A stretch of DNA of 41,820 bases from Candidatus Sumerlaeaceae bacterium (GCA_049968255.1 JBMFRB010000010.1:8077-49896), one strand, 5' to 3'; numbered from the stretch's first letter, positions 1 through 10,107 are shown. Notes: generated by a model not told the origin, from the letters alone. Numbers and translations: made by a program.

Positions 1-608
1 GTTTTGAATTCGGCTTTTTGTTTCCAAAGCGCTTTGTCGCCAAGTGTGCTGGAGTAGGAAAGCGCGAAGAGGCGCACCGTGGGCGACGGCTCGCTGGCCA
101 TTTCGCGCACGAGCTCGAACTGCACCTGGACTTGGTCCATGGGCTCGCTTAGGAGAAGAGAATCGATGTCGTACTTGCCTTGGGGAAACTCAGCGACGCG
201 TGTGGTGGCGTCGTCGGTGGCGACGCCCCACGATCCGGCCTCAAACCACGGCGTCCAGCCTCGCGCATTGCCGGTGCGCATCCACACGCGCCAGCCACCG
301 CGCGGCGGCGCCCATCCGTTCCATGAGGGGATGGCTTCGTTGAAGGGGAATTCTGTGCGGATGGGGGGAAGTTCGATTGTAGCCGTGAGTACGCGGTCGG
401 CAAGCTCGATGTGTTTTCGCGACGGGACGTAGCGAGCGCCGTTGAATTTTGCGCCGTGCGCGAGCTTCTCGCCCTCAAGCACGAGCAGGCGATCCACGGC
501 ATAGGGTGGGTTCTGGAACACGTTTGCGGGCGCGGCGAAACACTGAACTGTGAGGAGCGCGCAAAGAAGCAATCGCAGGGTGGTGATATTGAGCTGCATG
601 AGTGTCAT
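1..608 (-). CDS. Secreted protein, probably the N-terminal part of a peptidase C39-like family protein (3' end runs off the window)
   Basis: Translated by hand (absent from the ORF track because there is no stop in the window): MTLMQLNITTLRLLLCALLTVQCFA|APANV...FPFNEAIPSWNGWAPP...WTPWFEAGSWG...YDIDSLLL...PTVRLFALSYS. Signal peptide, plus IPSWN/WxxWxxxGxW/DIDxL motifs I associate with Peptidase_C39_2-containing proteins. ATG at 606-608 overlaps the pyrK stop (ATGA). The catalytic domain is not visible. Confidence 0.7.
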   Translation of the reverse strand, partial: MTLMQLNITTLRLLLCALLTVQCFAAPANVFQNPPYAVDRLLVLEGEKLAHGAKFNGARYVPSRKHIELADRVLTATIELPPIRTEFPFNEAIPSWNGWAPPRGGWRVWMRTGNARGWTPWFEAGSWGVATDDATTRVAEFPQGKYDIDSLLLSEPMDQVQVQFELVREMASEPSPTVRLFALSYSSTLGDKALWKQKAEFK

Positions 609-1408
609 GGTCCGTTCTCCGCGAGAATTTTTTCGAAGAGAATTTCTCGTGCGGGAAAGACGGGTCCTTGTTTGCATGTTGTGGCCATTCCGTGGCGGGT
701 GGGCACGACACAGCCGAGGCAGGCTCCTACGCCGCAGCCCATGCGATTCTCCAGCGACACATAACAGGGGGTGGCCGGCTCGGCAAATTCGGCCACGCAG
801 CGGGCTACGGCGGCGAGCATGGGGGTGGGGCCGCAGGCGTAAACCGCGAGGTTGCGGCGTGCCGCGAGCAGGTCGCGCAGTAGATCTGTGACCAACCCTT
901 TCTTGCCGAGCGAGCCGTCTTCGGTGGCGATCCCGATTTCGTCGAAAGCTTGGCGCCATTCGGGACGCAGCACAATTGCCGAAGCGGTGCGCGCCCCATA
1001 GAGCAAGATACGGCGGTTGTGCTCGCTCACATTAGCCCGCGCGAGGAAACACAGAGGGGCGATGCCATAGCCGCCAGCCACGCACACGGCATCGCGCGAG
1101 AAATCATAGGGGAAAGGTGTGCCGAGTGGGCCGACGATATCGAGGCGCTCGCCGACGCGCTTTTCCGCAAGGAGGGCGGTACCTTGCCGCACGACCTTGA
1201 AAAGAATTTCCACGTGCTCATGGAAATCGCTCCAAAGAATGCTGATGGGGCGGCGCAGAAGCGGGGCCGTCGCCTGGGTGACGCGCACGTGGAGGAATTG
1301 ACCCGGCTGAGCGTCGCGCGCGATGGCCGGAGCCGCGTAGACGTGGCGGAAGGTCGTTGCGTCGATCTGCTCCAGATGAACGAGCGTTGCTAGCTCGTGA
1401 TGCTTCAT
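605..1408 (-). CDS. pyrK: Dihydroorotate dehydrogenase B electron transfer subunit
   Basis: LLRRPISI (FAD), VAGGYGIAPL (NAD), YACGPTPML, and SLENRMGCGVGACLGC...CKQGPVF [2Fe-2S] motif. Confidence 0.92.
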   Translation of the reverse strand: MKHHELATLVHLEQIDATTFRHVYAAPAIARDAQPGQFLHVRVTQATAPLLRRPISILWSDFHEHVEILFKVVRQGTALLAEKRVGERLDIVGPLGTPFPYDFSRDAVCVAGGYGIAPLCFLARANVSEHNRRILLYGARTASAIVLRPEWRQAFDEIGIATEDGSLGKKGLVTDLLRDLLAARRNLAVYACGPTPMLAAVARCVAEFAEPATPCYVSLENRMGCGVGACLGCVVPTRHGMATTCKQGPVFPAREILFEKILAENGP

Positions 1409-1776
1409 TACTCCTCGCCCAGAGCCTTGCGAATTTTTTCTTTGAGAACGTCGAGGTCGACGGGCTTCGTGACGTAATCGCTCACGCGTGCGTCCCAGAT
1501 GACAAAGTCATCTTTGAGGCCGCGCACAGCGGTGCACATGATGACTGGTAAATCGGGATATTTTTTGCGAAGCTGTTCGAGGACCTCGATCCCTGTCATG
1601 TCGGGCATGCGGATGTCGAGCACGACCAGGTTTGGCTGGAACAAATCAAGTTTCTGCAGAGCGTCGGCTCCGCTGTCGGCGGTGGCCACTTCGTAGCCCG
1701 CTTCCTCGAGCTCGTCGCGAAACAGCGTGCGGATATTCTTCTCGTCGTCAACAACGAGGATGCGCTTTTTTTCCAT
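1408..1776 (-). CDS. Single-domain response regulator (REC), 122 aa
   Basis: ILVVDDE, LVVLDIRMP (phospho-Asp), IMCTA, YVTKP. Start placed at MEKKRIL (ATG 1776) rather than the ORF-track 1920. The stop overlaps the pyrK start (TAATG). Confidence 0.92.
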   Translation of the reverse strand: MEKKRILVVDDEKNIRTLFRDELEEAGYEVATADSGADALQKLDLFQPNLVVLDIRMPDMTGIEVLEQLRKKYPDLPVIMCTAVRGLKDDFVIWDARVSDYVTKPVDLDVLKEKIRKALGEE

Positions 1777-2018
1777 GGGGCTCTCGCTCACGAATTGAAT
1801 CTCACGGTCGTTTATTTGTGAAATCCTCTTTCTGGTACAAGTGAGAATTTCCACTCGTTTGTGTGGCGCTGGAGGAGATGCCCTCTCGGTTCGCTTTTTA
1901 TGATAGCATTTCATCATCATCTTCTTGCAAGCTGTGTGGCATGTGGCGTCCCCAGTTGTGAAGGGTGCCTGGTGGTGGCGTGTTGGTGTGGAGTTTTTTG
2001 ACCAAGGAGTATGGGGCT

Positions 2019-2792
2019 ATGCGGTGCACAAACATGCATTTGGTGGTTGCGGTGTTTGCTGCAGCAGCCATGAGTTTGAGCGTGGACGGGTTTGGCCAGG
2101 TGAAAGAAACGACCAAAGAGGAAAAGAAAAAGAAACCAACCGCTCCGGCGCAGTGGAATTTTTTCGCGCATTACAAGCAGCGGGTGGAGCAGATTGAGCG
2201 TTCCATTGCGGAACTGCCTGCGGACACGACGGCCACCATTGTGTTGCTTGGCGATTCGATCACGGAGGGATTTCCTGTGACCGAGATCGCAGGGATGCGC
2301 GTGGTAAATATGGGGATTAGCGGCGACCAAATCGCGATGGATCGTCCTGATGGCGGGGTGCGCAACCGCGTGCATCTCCTGGCCAAGGCGCGGCCGGCGC
2401 ACGTTTTCTTGCTCATTGGCATCAATGATTTTGGCTCGTCGAAGCCTCTCGACAAGGCCAAGAGCCAATATGAGGATTTGGTGCGGGCGATTCGTACGGC
2501 GGTGCCAAACGCGAAGCTGCACATTCAGTCGGTGCTTCCCACACGAGGACGGTTCGCTCATCACAATCCCACGGTGAGCGCCATGAATGACTTTCTGCGC
2601 AATCTGTCTAAGCGGGAGAATGCCGATTTCATTGATCTGGCAGCGCTGATGCGCGATGAGCGCGGCGAGCTACGCAAGGGGTGGACAGGCGACGGATTGC
2701 ATCTTCTGCCGCCGGCGTATGAGGAGTGGAAAAAGGTCCTGGAAGAAAAAGTGCGCGCAAACGAATCAACGCGCGCGACAGAGGGAAAATGA
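2019..2792 (+). CDS. Secreted SGNH/GDSL lipase/acylhydrolase
   Basis: Block I LLGDSITEG, block II NMGISGD, block III IGIND, block V DGLH. Signal peptide. AAGGAG just upstream of ATG 2019. Confidence 0.9.
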   Translation: MRCTNMHLVVAVFAAAAMSLSVDGFGQVKETTKEEKKKKPTAPAQWNFFAHYKQRVEQIERSIAELPADTTATIVLLGDSITEGFPVTEIAGMRVVNMGISGDQIAMDRPDGGVRNRVHLLAKARPAHVFLLIGINDFGSSKPLDKAKSQYEDLVRAIRTAVPNAKLHIQSVLPTRGRFAHHNPTVSAMNDFLRNLSKRENADFIDLAALMRDERGELRKGWTGDGLHLLPPAYEEWKKVLEEKVRANESTRATEGK

Positions 2793-2915
2793 GAGGTTTT
2801 GGCGGCAACGTGCTGGCCGCAAGGTATGGGCGTTGATCTGTGGGCTAGACCCTCTTCGCTAGAGGGGAGCGCGCTAGCCACGCAGGGGCTAGAGGTGCAC
2901 GGCACATGGCAAGCA

Positions 2916-3989
2916 TTAGCCTTTGATGGCGCCGATGGTAAGCCCCTTTGTGAGATGGCGCTGGAAGAGGAAAAAGACGATCACCATGGGCACGGAGGCG
3001 AGAACGGCGGCGCTCATCACAACTCCCACATTGCGGGGTCCGGCAGTGAACTGGAGTGTCTTCAACCCCACTTCGAGCATGAACATGTTTTGGTCATCGG
3101 TGATGACCAGCGGCCAGAGAAAAGCTTTCCATGCCCCAATGAAGGTGAAGATTGCCCACACAGCGAGAATGGGTTTCGCCAGTGGCATGATGACACGCCA
3201 AAAGATTCCTAGCTCGGTGCATCCGTCGATGCGTGCGGCGTCTGCGAGCTGGCTGGGGAGTCCGTGGATGTACTGACGCATGAGGAAAATTCCCACGGGC
3301 GCGGCCACCTGCGGCAAAATCACGGACCAGAAGCTATCGTACCAACCGAGAACATTGGTGAAAAGCAGGAAAAGAGGGATGAGTGTGACCTGGCCGGGAA
3401 TCATGATGGTGGCCAAGATGAGCCAGAAAAGTTGGCGATGGCCCCAGAACTCGAATTTAGCAAAGGCGTAGCCGGCCATGGCGTTGAGCAGTACGCTGAG
3501 AAGTGTGACGGCGAGGGCGACAAACAGCGTGTTTTCGAACCACAAGACAAGCCGGCCGGCAAGGAGGGGTTGTTTCCACTCGGGGCTATTTTGAGCAGGC
3601 ACGCTACCGGTGAGGCGCCACCACGTGCGCGTCGCCCATCCGTGGATTGGGGCCGTGGCAAATTCGTAGCGGGGCATGGCGGTGATATCGAAAAGACCAG
3701 TCTGGGAGGAGGGTGAGTGAAAATTCTCGGTGGTGAAATAGCTCGTGACCCAACTGCGCGCTTCGTCCCAGCGCCAGAGCATGCGGGGGCGAAAGGCCTC
3801 GAATGTGCGGCGCATCGGCACGGCCGTCTGGAGTTCTGATTGTGGGGTGAAGGCGCTAAGGACCATCCAGATCATCGGCACAAAGAGAAGGGCCGCTGCC
3901 ACAGAGAGCAAGGCATATGCCAGCGCATGCGTGAGATGAACACATGCCTTGCGGCCTTGTGGAGGAATGATGGATCCCATCTCAGGCAC
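2916..3989 (-). CDS. Carbohydrate ABC transporter permease (MalG/CUT1 type)
   Basis: AGYAFAKFEF, MIPGQVTLIPLF, EAA loop LADAARIDGC, WKAFLWP, C-terminal FLFQRHLTKGLTIGAIKG. The start could be 3980. Confidence 0.92.
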   Translation of the reverse strand: MPEMGSIIPPQGRKACVHLTHALAYALLSVAAALLFVPMIWMVLSAFTPQSELQTAVPMRRTFEAFRPRMLWRWDEARSWVTSYFTTENFHSPSSQTGLFDITAMPRYEFATAPIHGWATRTWWRLTGSVPAQNSPEWKQPLLAGRLVLWFENTLFVALAVTLLSVLLNAMAGYAFAKFEFWGHRQLFWLILATIMIPGQVTLIPLFLLFTNVLGWYDSFWSVILPQVAAPVGIFLMRQYIHGLPSQLADAARIDGCTELGIFWRVIMPLAKPILAVWAIFTFIGAWKAFLWPLVITDDQNMFMLEVGLKTLQFTAGPRNVGVVMSAAVLASVPMVIVFFLFQRHLTKGLTIGAIKG

Positions 3990-4279
3990 ATGAGGACCGG
4001 CTCATCGTAGCGAAAGTCAAGAAAATCGCTGATATTCTCACATTGCTTTGGTCCGACCTCCTTATTAGTGGCCAGAAGGCTTTCGACAACGTGCGTTCCC
4101 TGTAAATGGCTGTGGCTGCATTAATGTCCAATAGATAAGGGGGAAAGAGGCAGCCATCGGGCGCCGTGAGCACTTGACGATAAAGCGACGTTCGCAGCAG
4201 AAAGCGTAATGGACGAAGTGCAACAGGCTATAAGCCAAAAGGCCGGGGGAAATCGGAAATACTCTAGGAAAGCTACAAT

Positions 4280-4308
4280 TTCGAATATTTTTAGTATCTA
4301 AGTATATT
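4280..4308 (+). promoter_or_regulatory. Candidate sigma70 promoter for the RND operon
   Basis: TTCGAA (4280-4285), 17-nt spacer, TATATT (4303-4308), in an AT-rich patch 15 nt before ATG 4324. Confidence 0.35.
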
Positions 4309-4323
4309 GCCGCTCAGACGACA

Positions 4324-5565
4324 ATGATGGCTCTCTTTGATAAACGATGGAAAGAGCGCCGGCTCTGGATGCGGCCGTTCGGGGCGCTGGGATGGGGTGC
4401 GCTGAGCCTTCTGCTGGGGGCGTTGGCGGGTTGCCACGGTAACGGCAGCAAAGCTGAGCTAGGGCAAACTAAGCCCGAGGCGGCTGCGGTAGCCGTGACG
4501 ACGGTGCAGGCACAAGAGACGTTGCGGACGGAATTTGTGCAGGTGACGGGGAATCTGGCCGCTGAAGAAGATTCTGAGGTGGCGAGCAAGCGCGAAGGGA
4601 TCGTTTGGCACACTTACGTCGAGCGCGGGACGCTGGTGTCGGCCGGCCAGCCACTTGTGCGCTTGGATCCGACGGACGAGATCAATGCTCTGGATGCTGG
4701 CGTGGCTGCGCTTCACGAGCTCGAGGTGCGATTGGGGATCACTTCAGGAACTGAGACGTTTGATCCTGAGAACCAGCCAGAAGTGCGATCGGCGCGTGCT
4801 GATTATGACCTTGCACGCACGAACCACGAGCGCGCGACAAAACTATTCCGTGAGGGAACAATCAATCAGGCCGAGTTTGACCAATCTGCCACACAGTTGG
4901 AATCTGCACGTCAGCATTATGCCTTGGCCAAACATCAGGTGCTTCAGCTTTATGCCTCCTTGGGCACCCAAAAAGTGCGCGTGCGGTCGCTAGCCCAGGC
5001 TGTGTCGGACACCACGGTGACAGCTCCATACGATGGCATTGTGCAGGAGCGTTACGTGTCGCCGGGCGAGTGGCTTGGCAAGGGAGCGCGCGTGGCGCGC
5101 GTGGTGAAGCTCAAGCCGCTGCGCTTGCAACTCACGGTTCCGGAGAGATATGCTGCTCAGGTGGCGGAGGGGCAGGAGGTGGAATTCACGGTGGCAGCGT
5201 ACCCAGAGCGGAAGTTCACCGGACGAGTGAAGTATCTCAGCCCCGCTCTGAGCAATGAAGCCCGTGCTTTGGTGGTGGAAGCGGAGGTGGGGAACGAGGA
5301 GATGATCCTCAAGCCAGGCTTTTTTGCCACGGCGCGCCTGAAGCTGCCTGGCGCGGGAAAGGCGTACCTCGTGCCGCAGAGCGCGGTGCGACGGGATCGC
5401 GACGTTGCGCGGTTGTTCGTGATTCAGGACGGGATAGCCCGCGAGCGAGTAGTTCGGCTTGGCGACGCGTTTGGTGATAAGATCGAAGTGATCGAAGGTC
5501 TGCAACCGAACGATATTGTGGCGACCGATGCCTCAAAACTCTCTGACGGCGTAAGGGTGGAATAG
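4324..5565 (+). CDS. RND efflux periplasmic adaptor (MFP) subunit, lipoprotein
   Basis: Lipobox LAGC, lipoyl half-motifs (VERGTLVSAGQPLVRLD; VTAPYDGIV), helical hairpin, LKPGFFA. Confidence 0.93.
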   Translation: MMALFDKRWKERRLWMRPFGALGWGALSLLLGALAGCHGNGSKAELGQTKPEAAAVAVTTVQAQETLRTEFVQVTGNLAAEEDSEVASKREGIVWHTYVERGTLVSAGQPLVRLDPTDEINALDAGVAALHELEVRLGITSGTETFDPENQPEVRSARADYDLARTNHERATKLFREGTINQAEFDQSATQLESARQHYALAKHQVLQLYASLGTQKVRVRSLAQAVSDTTVTAPYDGIVQERYVSPGEWLGKGARVARVVKLKPLRLQLTVPERYAAQVAEGQEVEFTVAAYPERKFTGRVKYLSPALSNEARALVVEAEVGNEEMILKPGFFATARLKLPGAGKAYLVPQSAVRRDRDVARLFVIQDGIARERVVRLGDAFGDKIEVIEGLQPNDIVATDASKLSDGVRVE

Positions 5566-5567
5566 CC

Positions 5568-8500
5568 ATTCAGAAGCTAGCGGAAATATGCATTAGGCGT
5601 CCTGTTTTCGCCAGCGTCCTTATACTACTATTTGTGGTCGTTGGCGTGTTTGGCTATTTGCGGCTGGGCGTGGATCTCTTTCCAAACGTGGACTTTCCTA
5701 TTGTGACGGTCATCACGACGCTGCCCGGCGCGGCCCCGGAAGAAGTCGAGTCGGAAGTCACGGACAAAATCGAGGAAGCGGTCAACACAATCAGCGGCAT
5801 AGACGAACTGCGTTCGATTTCTTCTGACAGTCGCTCGGTGGTGACGATTCAGTTTGTCCTGGAGAAAGACGTGGATGTGGCTGCGGAGGAGGTGCGCGAT
5901 CACGTCAATCGTGTGCTTCGAGATCTGCCCAAAGAGATAGACCCGCCCACGGTTGCCAAGATTGATCCCCAGGCGATGCCGGTTCTTGCTCTGGCTGTAT
6001 CAGCGAACCGCTCCTCCCTTGAGATTACGGAATTTGCGGACAAAGTGCTTCGTCGTCGCCTCGAGAGTGTGAGCGGGGTCGGTCAGGTTTCCATCATCGG
6101 CGGGCAGAAGCGCCAAATTAATGTCTACGTAGATCCTTTCAAACTACGTGCGCATGGGATATCGGTGACAGATGTTGAGCGGGCTTTGGCGACCGAAAAT
6201 CTGCAGACGCCAGGCGGCAGCCTGAAGATGGGGCAGGATGAATTCACTTTGCGGACGATGGGCCGCGTTCCGCGCGTGGAGGACCTGAACAAGATCCCCG
6301 TCGTGCGCCGGTCGGATCACACAGTGAATATCGATGATGTGGCCATTGTCGAGGACAGCGCGGAGGAGCGCACCTCGCTCGCGTATCTCGACGATAATCC
6401 GACCGTTCTGCTCCAACTGCTAAAGCAATCCGGTACCAACACGGTCGAAGTGGTGGACAACATTCTCAATCGGCTCGATCAGATCCGCAAAGAACTGCCC
6501 CCCGACTATCGGGTTGAGGTGGTGCAGGACACGTCACTGTTTATCCGGGCTTCAACGAAAGCCGTGCAAGAGCACCTGGTCTTTGGGGCACTCTTTGCAG
6601 CGATTGTTGTCTACCTGTTTCTGGCGAATTCGCGGACGACCTTCATTTCGGCTTTAGCCATCCCGACCTCCATCGTGGCGACGTTTGGTTTGCTTTGGCT
6701 CAAGGGCTACACGCTCAATATGATCACTTTGCTGGCGCTGACGTTGTGCGTGGGTATCGTCGTGGACGATGCCATCGTCGTGATCGAGAATATTTTCCGA
6801 CGGATGGAAGAGTTTGGGGAGGATTCGTTTGAGGCCGCTCGCAATGGCACGAAGGAGATCGGCTTGGCTGTCCTGGCGATCACGCTTTCGCTTGTCGCGA
6901 CGTTTGCGCCCATCGCGTTCATGACCGGCATTGTCGGGCGTTTCATGAGCTCGTTTGGCGTGACCATGAGCTTTGCCATTCTTGTGAGCTTGCTCGTCAG
7001 CTTCTCACTCACGCCGTCGCTGGGAGCCCGTCTGCTGCGCACGCCCAAGGTTGAGCAAAAACTAGGTGCCTATATTGCTGAGGATGGTCCGCCACCTGTC
7101 GAAACTCAGCCGGTTTCCAAAAAGCGAGGCGTTTATTATCTTATTGAGTCGGGTTACATATGGCTTCTCGAATTGGGCTTGCGTTACCGCTGGTTGGTGG
7201 TCGTGCTAACCATTGCCACCCTCGTGTCTATCGTTCCCATGGGCAGGGCGGTGAACAAGAATTTCCTGCCTAACAATGATCAATCGGAGTTTCAGATCAC
7301 CCTAAGGGCACCTGAGGGGACTTCGCTGGAAGCTACGGATCTTATTGCGCGTCGCATTGCGCGCGACATCCGGCAGCTTCAGGGGGTTCGCTACACGGTG
7401 ACGACCGTCGGTGCTGGCACGGACCAGGCTTCGAACTCGGCGCAGATTTATGTGCGTCTGGCCGATATCTATGAGCGCAAGTTTGATCAATTCCAGATGA
7501 TGAGTTACGTGCGCGAGCAGATTCTTCCGCGGTACGCAAAGGAGAAGCTGCGCGTGAGCATTGCTCAGGTTAGTGGCATCCAGACGGGTGACCGGAACGC
7601 AGATATTCAGTTCGTGCTCGGTGGGCCGGACATGAAAAAATTGAGCGAGTATGCGGACGTCCTGATGGCCACGCTCAAAGCACAGCCCGGCGCTGTGGAT
7701 GTGGATTCATCACTCATTCTCGGCAAGCCGGAGATTGATATCTTCATAGACCGCGCCAAAGCCTCGGAACTGGGTGTTTCGACCGCAGACATTGCGCACG
7801 TATTGCGTCTGCTTGTTGCCGGCGACAAAGTATCGAGCTACAACGAGGGGGGAGAGCAGTACGATATCCGTGTGCGAGCCTTGCCTGAGCTCCGAAATAA
7901 CCTGCAGAATTTGGCCCTCATTACCGTTCCGTCAGCTCGGTTCGGTGCCATTCCGATTACGGATGTCGTTGTGTTTAAACGCGAGTCGGGGCCTGCGGAC
8001 ATTCGCCGCGTCAATCGCCAGCGCTCCGTAACGCTGTACGCCGATGTGGCGCCTGGCTATTCGCAGCAAGCGATGTTGGATGCGCTCAATGCAAAGGTCC
8101 GTGAGCTCAACATGCCAGCAGCCTACAAGGCCAGTCTCGTAGGGCGGTCTAAAGAGCTAGCGCGCAGTTTCCAAGCCTTTTTCCAGACGTTCCTGATGGC
8201 CGTGTGCTTTATCTATCTTGTGCTGGCGGCGTTGTTCGAGTCGTGGCTGCAGCCGCTTATCATTTTGCTCTGTCTGCCGTTGAGCGTGCCATTTGGCATT
8301 TTCTCGCTGTGGGTTGCCCGCGACTCCCTGAACGTTTTCTCGTTGCTGGGCGTGCTGGTGCTCTTCGCTATTGTGAAGAAGAACGCTATCCTGCAGGTGG
8401 ATCATACGAACGACCTTCGGGCGCAGGGTATGGAGCGGCACGCCGCTATTATTCAAGCGAACCGCGATCGTCTGCGCCCCATCCTCATGACAACCATTGC

Positions 8501-8753
8501 GTTCGTGGCTGGCATGCTGCCGCTCTTCCTGTCGAAAGGTTACGGCGCGGGGACAAACCGGACCATCAGCACCGTTGTCATTGGGGGGCAAACGCTGTCG
8601 CTCCTGCTGACACTCATCGTGACCCCAGTGTTTTACGCGCTTTTTGACGATTGGCGAAATTCGAAGTGGCTGCGTCTACTGTTTAGTCCGCTGCGTCTGT
8701 TGCTTCGCCTCTCTGACCGGGCGGATGCGCAACGCAAAAACGGCCGGTCGTAG
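5568..8753 (+). CDS. RND efflux permease (AcrB/AcrD/AcrF family)
   Basis: GIVVDDAIVVIENI, KKNAIL, RLRPILMT. The family-typical N-terminus xQKLAEICIRRPVFA lies upstream of the ORF-track GTG 5634, so the start is placed at ATT 5568 (see findings). Confidence 0.93.
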   Translation: MQKLAEICIRRPVFASVLILLFVVVGVFGYLRLGVDLFPNVDFPIVTVITTLPGAAPEEVESEVTDKIEEAVNTISGIDELRSISSDSRSVVTIQFVLEKDVDVAAEEVRDHVNRVLRDLPKEIDPPTVAKIDPQAMPVLALAVSANRSSLEITEFADKVLRRRLESVSGVGQVSIIGGQKRQINVYVDPFKLRAHGISVTDVERALATENLQTPGGSLKMGQDEFTLRTMGRVPRVEDLNKIPVVRRSDHTVNIDDVAIVEDSAEERTSLAYLDDNPTVLLQLLKQSGTNTVEVVDNILNRLDQIRKELPPDYRVEVVQDTSLFIRASTKAVQEHLVFGALFAAIVVYLFLANSRTTFISALAIPTSIVATFGLLWLKGYTLNMITLLALTLCVGIVVDDAIVVIENIFRRMEEFGEDSFEAARNGTKEIGLAVLAITLSLVATFAPIAFMTGIVGRFMSSFGVTMSFAILVSLLVSFSLTPSLGARLLRTPKVEQKLGAYIAEDGPPPVETQPVSKKRGVYYLIESGYIWLLELGLRYRWLVVVLTIATLVSIVPMGRAVNKNFLPNNDQSEFQITLRAPEGTSLEATDLIARRIARDIRQLQGVRYTVTTVGAGTDQASNSAQIYVRLADIYERKFDQFQMMSYVREQILPRYAKEKLRVSIAQVSGIQTGDRNADIQFVLGGPDMKKLSEYADVLMATLKAQPGAVDVDSSLILGKPEIDIFIDRAKASELGVSTADIAHVLRLLVAGDKVSSYNEGGEQYDIRVRALPELRNNLQNLALITVPSARFGAIPITDVVVFKRESGPADIRRVNRQRSVTLYADVAPGYSQQAMLDALNAKVRELNMPAAYKASLVGRSKELARSFQAFFQTFLMAVCFIYLVLAALFESWLQPLIILLCLPLSVPFGIFSLWVARDSLNVFSLLGVLVLFAIVKKNAILQVDHTNDLRAQGMERHAAIIQANRDRLRPILMTTIAFVAGMLPLFLSKGYGAGTNRTISTVVIGGQTLSLLLTLIVTPVFYALFDDWRNSKWLRLLFSPLRLLLRLSDRADAQRKNGRS

Positions 8754-8886
8754 CCCGGTATGTGTTTTTACCGCATCTCGTCGCGGTGAGCGTAGAAAAT
8801 GGGCGACGGGAAACCGCTTTCCTTCACGTGACAGCTAGTGCATTGTCCGTTGCCAATCTGCCCAGCAGCCGCCTGAGATTGCTGCG

Positions 8887-10107
8887 ATGGATCGACAGAT
8901 CGAAAAGCAGAGCGCCAAAGGGGAAGTGGTGCAGCGAGGCTGCATCCTTGTGGCAACGCTTTTCGCGTTCGCCACTTCCTTTTATGCGTGGCGCTATTCG
9001 CCGCACGTTGAGGGGCTGCGCCGCGTTTACCCAACTTGGTATTATGGAGATTTTGTGATTTTTGATGGCTATGGCCCTTATAGCCAGTGGCTTGCGGCAG
9101 CCATTGTGAGGCGGCCTGGGGCCATCGCTCATCTTGTGGAGTTCCTGCGCTTCGATCCGCACGCGCACACTCCTCTTTATCCCTTTCTTTGCGCGCTCGT
9201 TATTCTTGGAGTGGGAAACGTAGTCGTGGCGCATGTGAGCGTGACAGTGGCGGTCTCGTTGGTGGCGCTTTGGCTGTTCACGGTGCTTTTGCGCACGCAG
9301 TGGCCCACAAGCCCGCCTCGGGTTCGGCAGCTTGCGTACTTAGGGTTCCTTCTCTACCCTGGGGTGGCCAGTGGCCTCGCTCGTCCCATGCCGGACTCGC
9401 TCACGCTTGCTCTCGTGCTAGGGTTTTTCTTGGCACTGCTTCGCTTTCATGACACGGGACGATTGCGCTGGCTTACGTCCGCAGCTGTGCTTGCCGTATG
9501 CGCAATTCTCACGAAGACCGTGATGGTGTTGCTTGTTCTCACGGCGGTTTTCTGGTGGATTCTAGATTTTCGATCCGCACATCGTGCGACCACACGTCGC
9601 CGCCTTGTTCGCATTGGCGCTCCGCTGCTCGCCGGCATTGTGGTCGGAGTTGTTTTTTTTTGGTGGTTACTGCGAGAGACCGAGGCGATGAATGTTTTAG
9701 CCACAGCCGCCTGCTCCGCCTGGTATACTGTCACGACTCCTTCGCTGCTCTTTGGCCACGTACCCGCTTTTGCGCTCTTTCTGGTGATAGCTTTTGGGCT
9801 GTATCCCTTAGTTTGGCGGAATGTGTGTTTCAGGCGGGAGGAGCTACCTGGTGTGCGGCTGCTTGTCTTGTGGGGCGGGATTTACTTGATTCAGCGCATT
9901 GTCTTCGTGGGATTCAATCTCGCCTACGGACGAGCTCGCTACACGATGCCACTGGCACCGGCCGTGGTATTGCTTTCGGTGCCAGGTCTCGAACGCCTTT
10001 GGCAACGCGGCGGTTGGCATCGCTGGCTTGCGAGTGCACCGTGGTTTTTCCATCTTGCGATCTGGTGCACCTACCTGCTGTCACTAAAGGGATCGGTGAG
10101 TAGATAG
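8887..10107 (+). CDS. Polytopic membrane glycosyltransferase-like protein (GT-C; PMT/ArnT, GT39/83-like)
   Basis: About 10 TM segments, HTPLYP loop, AILTK, ARYTMPLAP motifs. Directly abuts rmlD. Confidence 0.65.
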   Translation: MDRQIEKQSAKGEVVQRGCILVATLFAFATSFYAWRYSPHVEGLRRVYPTWYYGDFVIFDGYGPYSQWLAAAIVRRPGAIAHLVEFLRFDPHAHTPLYPFLCALVILGVGNVVVAHVSVTVAVSLVALWLFTVLLRTQWPTSPPRVRQLAYLGFLLYPGVASGLARPMPDSLTLALVLGFFLALLRFHDTGRLRWLTSAAVLAVCAILTKTVMVLLVLTAVFWWILDFRSAHRATTRRRLVRIGAPLLAGIVVGVVFFWWLLRETEAMNVLATAACSAWYTVTTPSLLFGHVPAFALFLVIAFGLYPLVWRNVCFRREELPGVRLLVLWGGIYLIQRIVFVGFNLAYGRARYTMPLAPAVVLLSVPGLERLWQRGGWHRWLASAPWFFHLAIWCTYLLSLKGSVSR

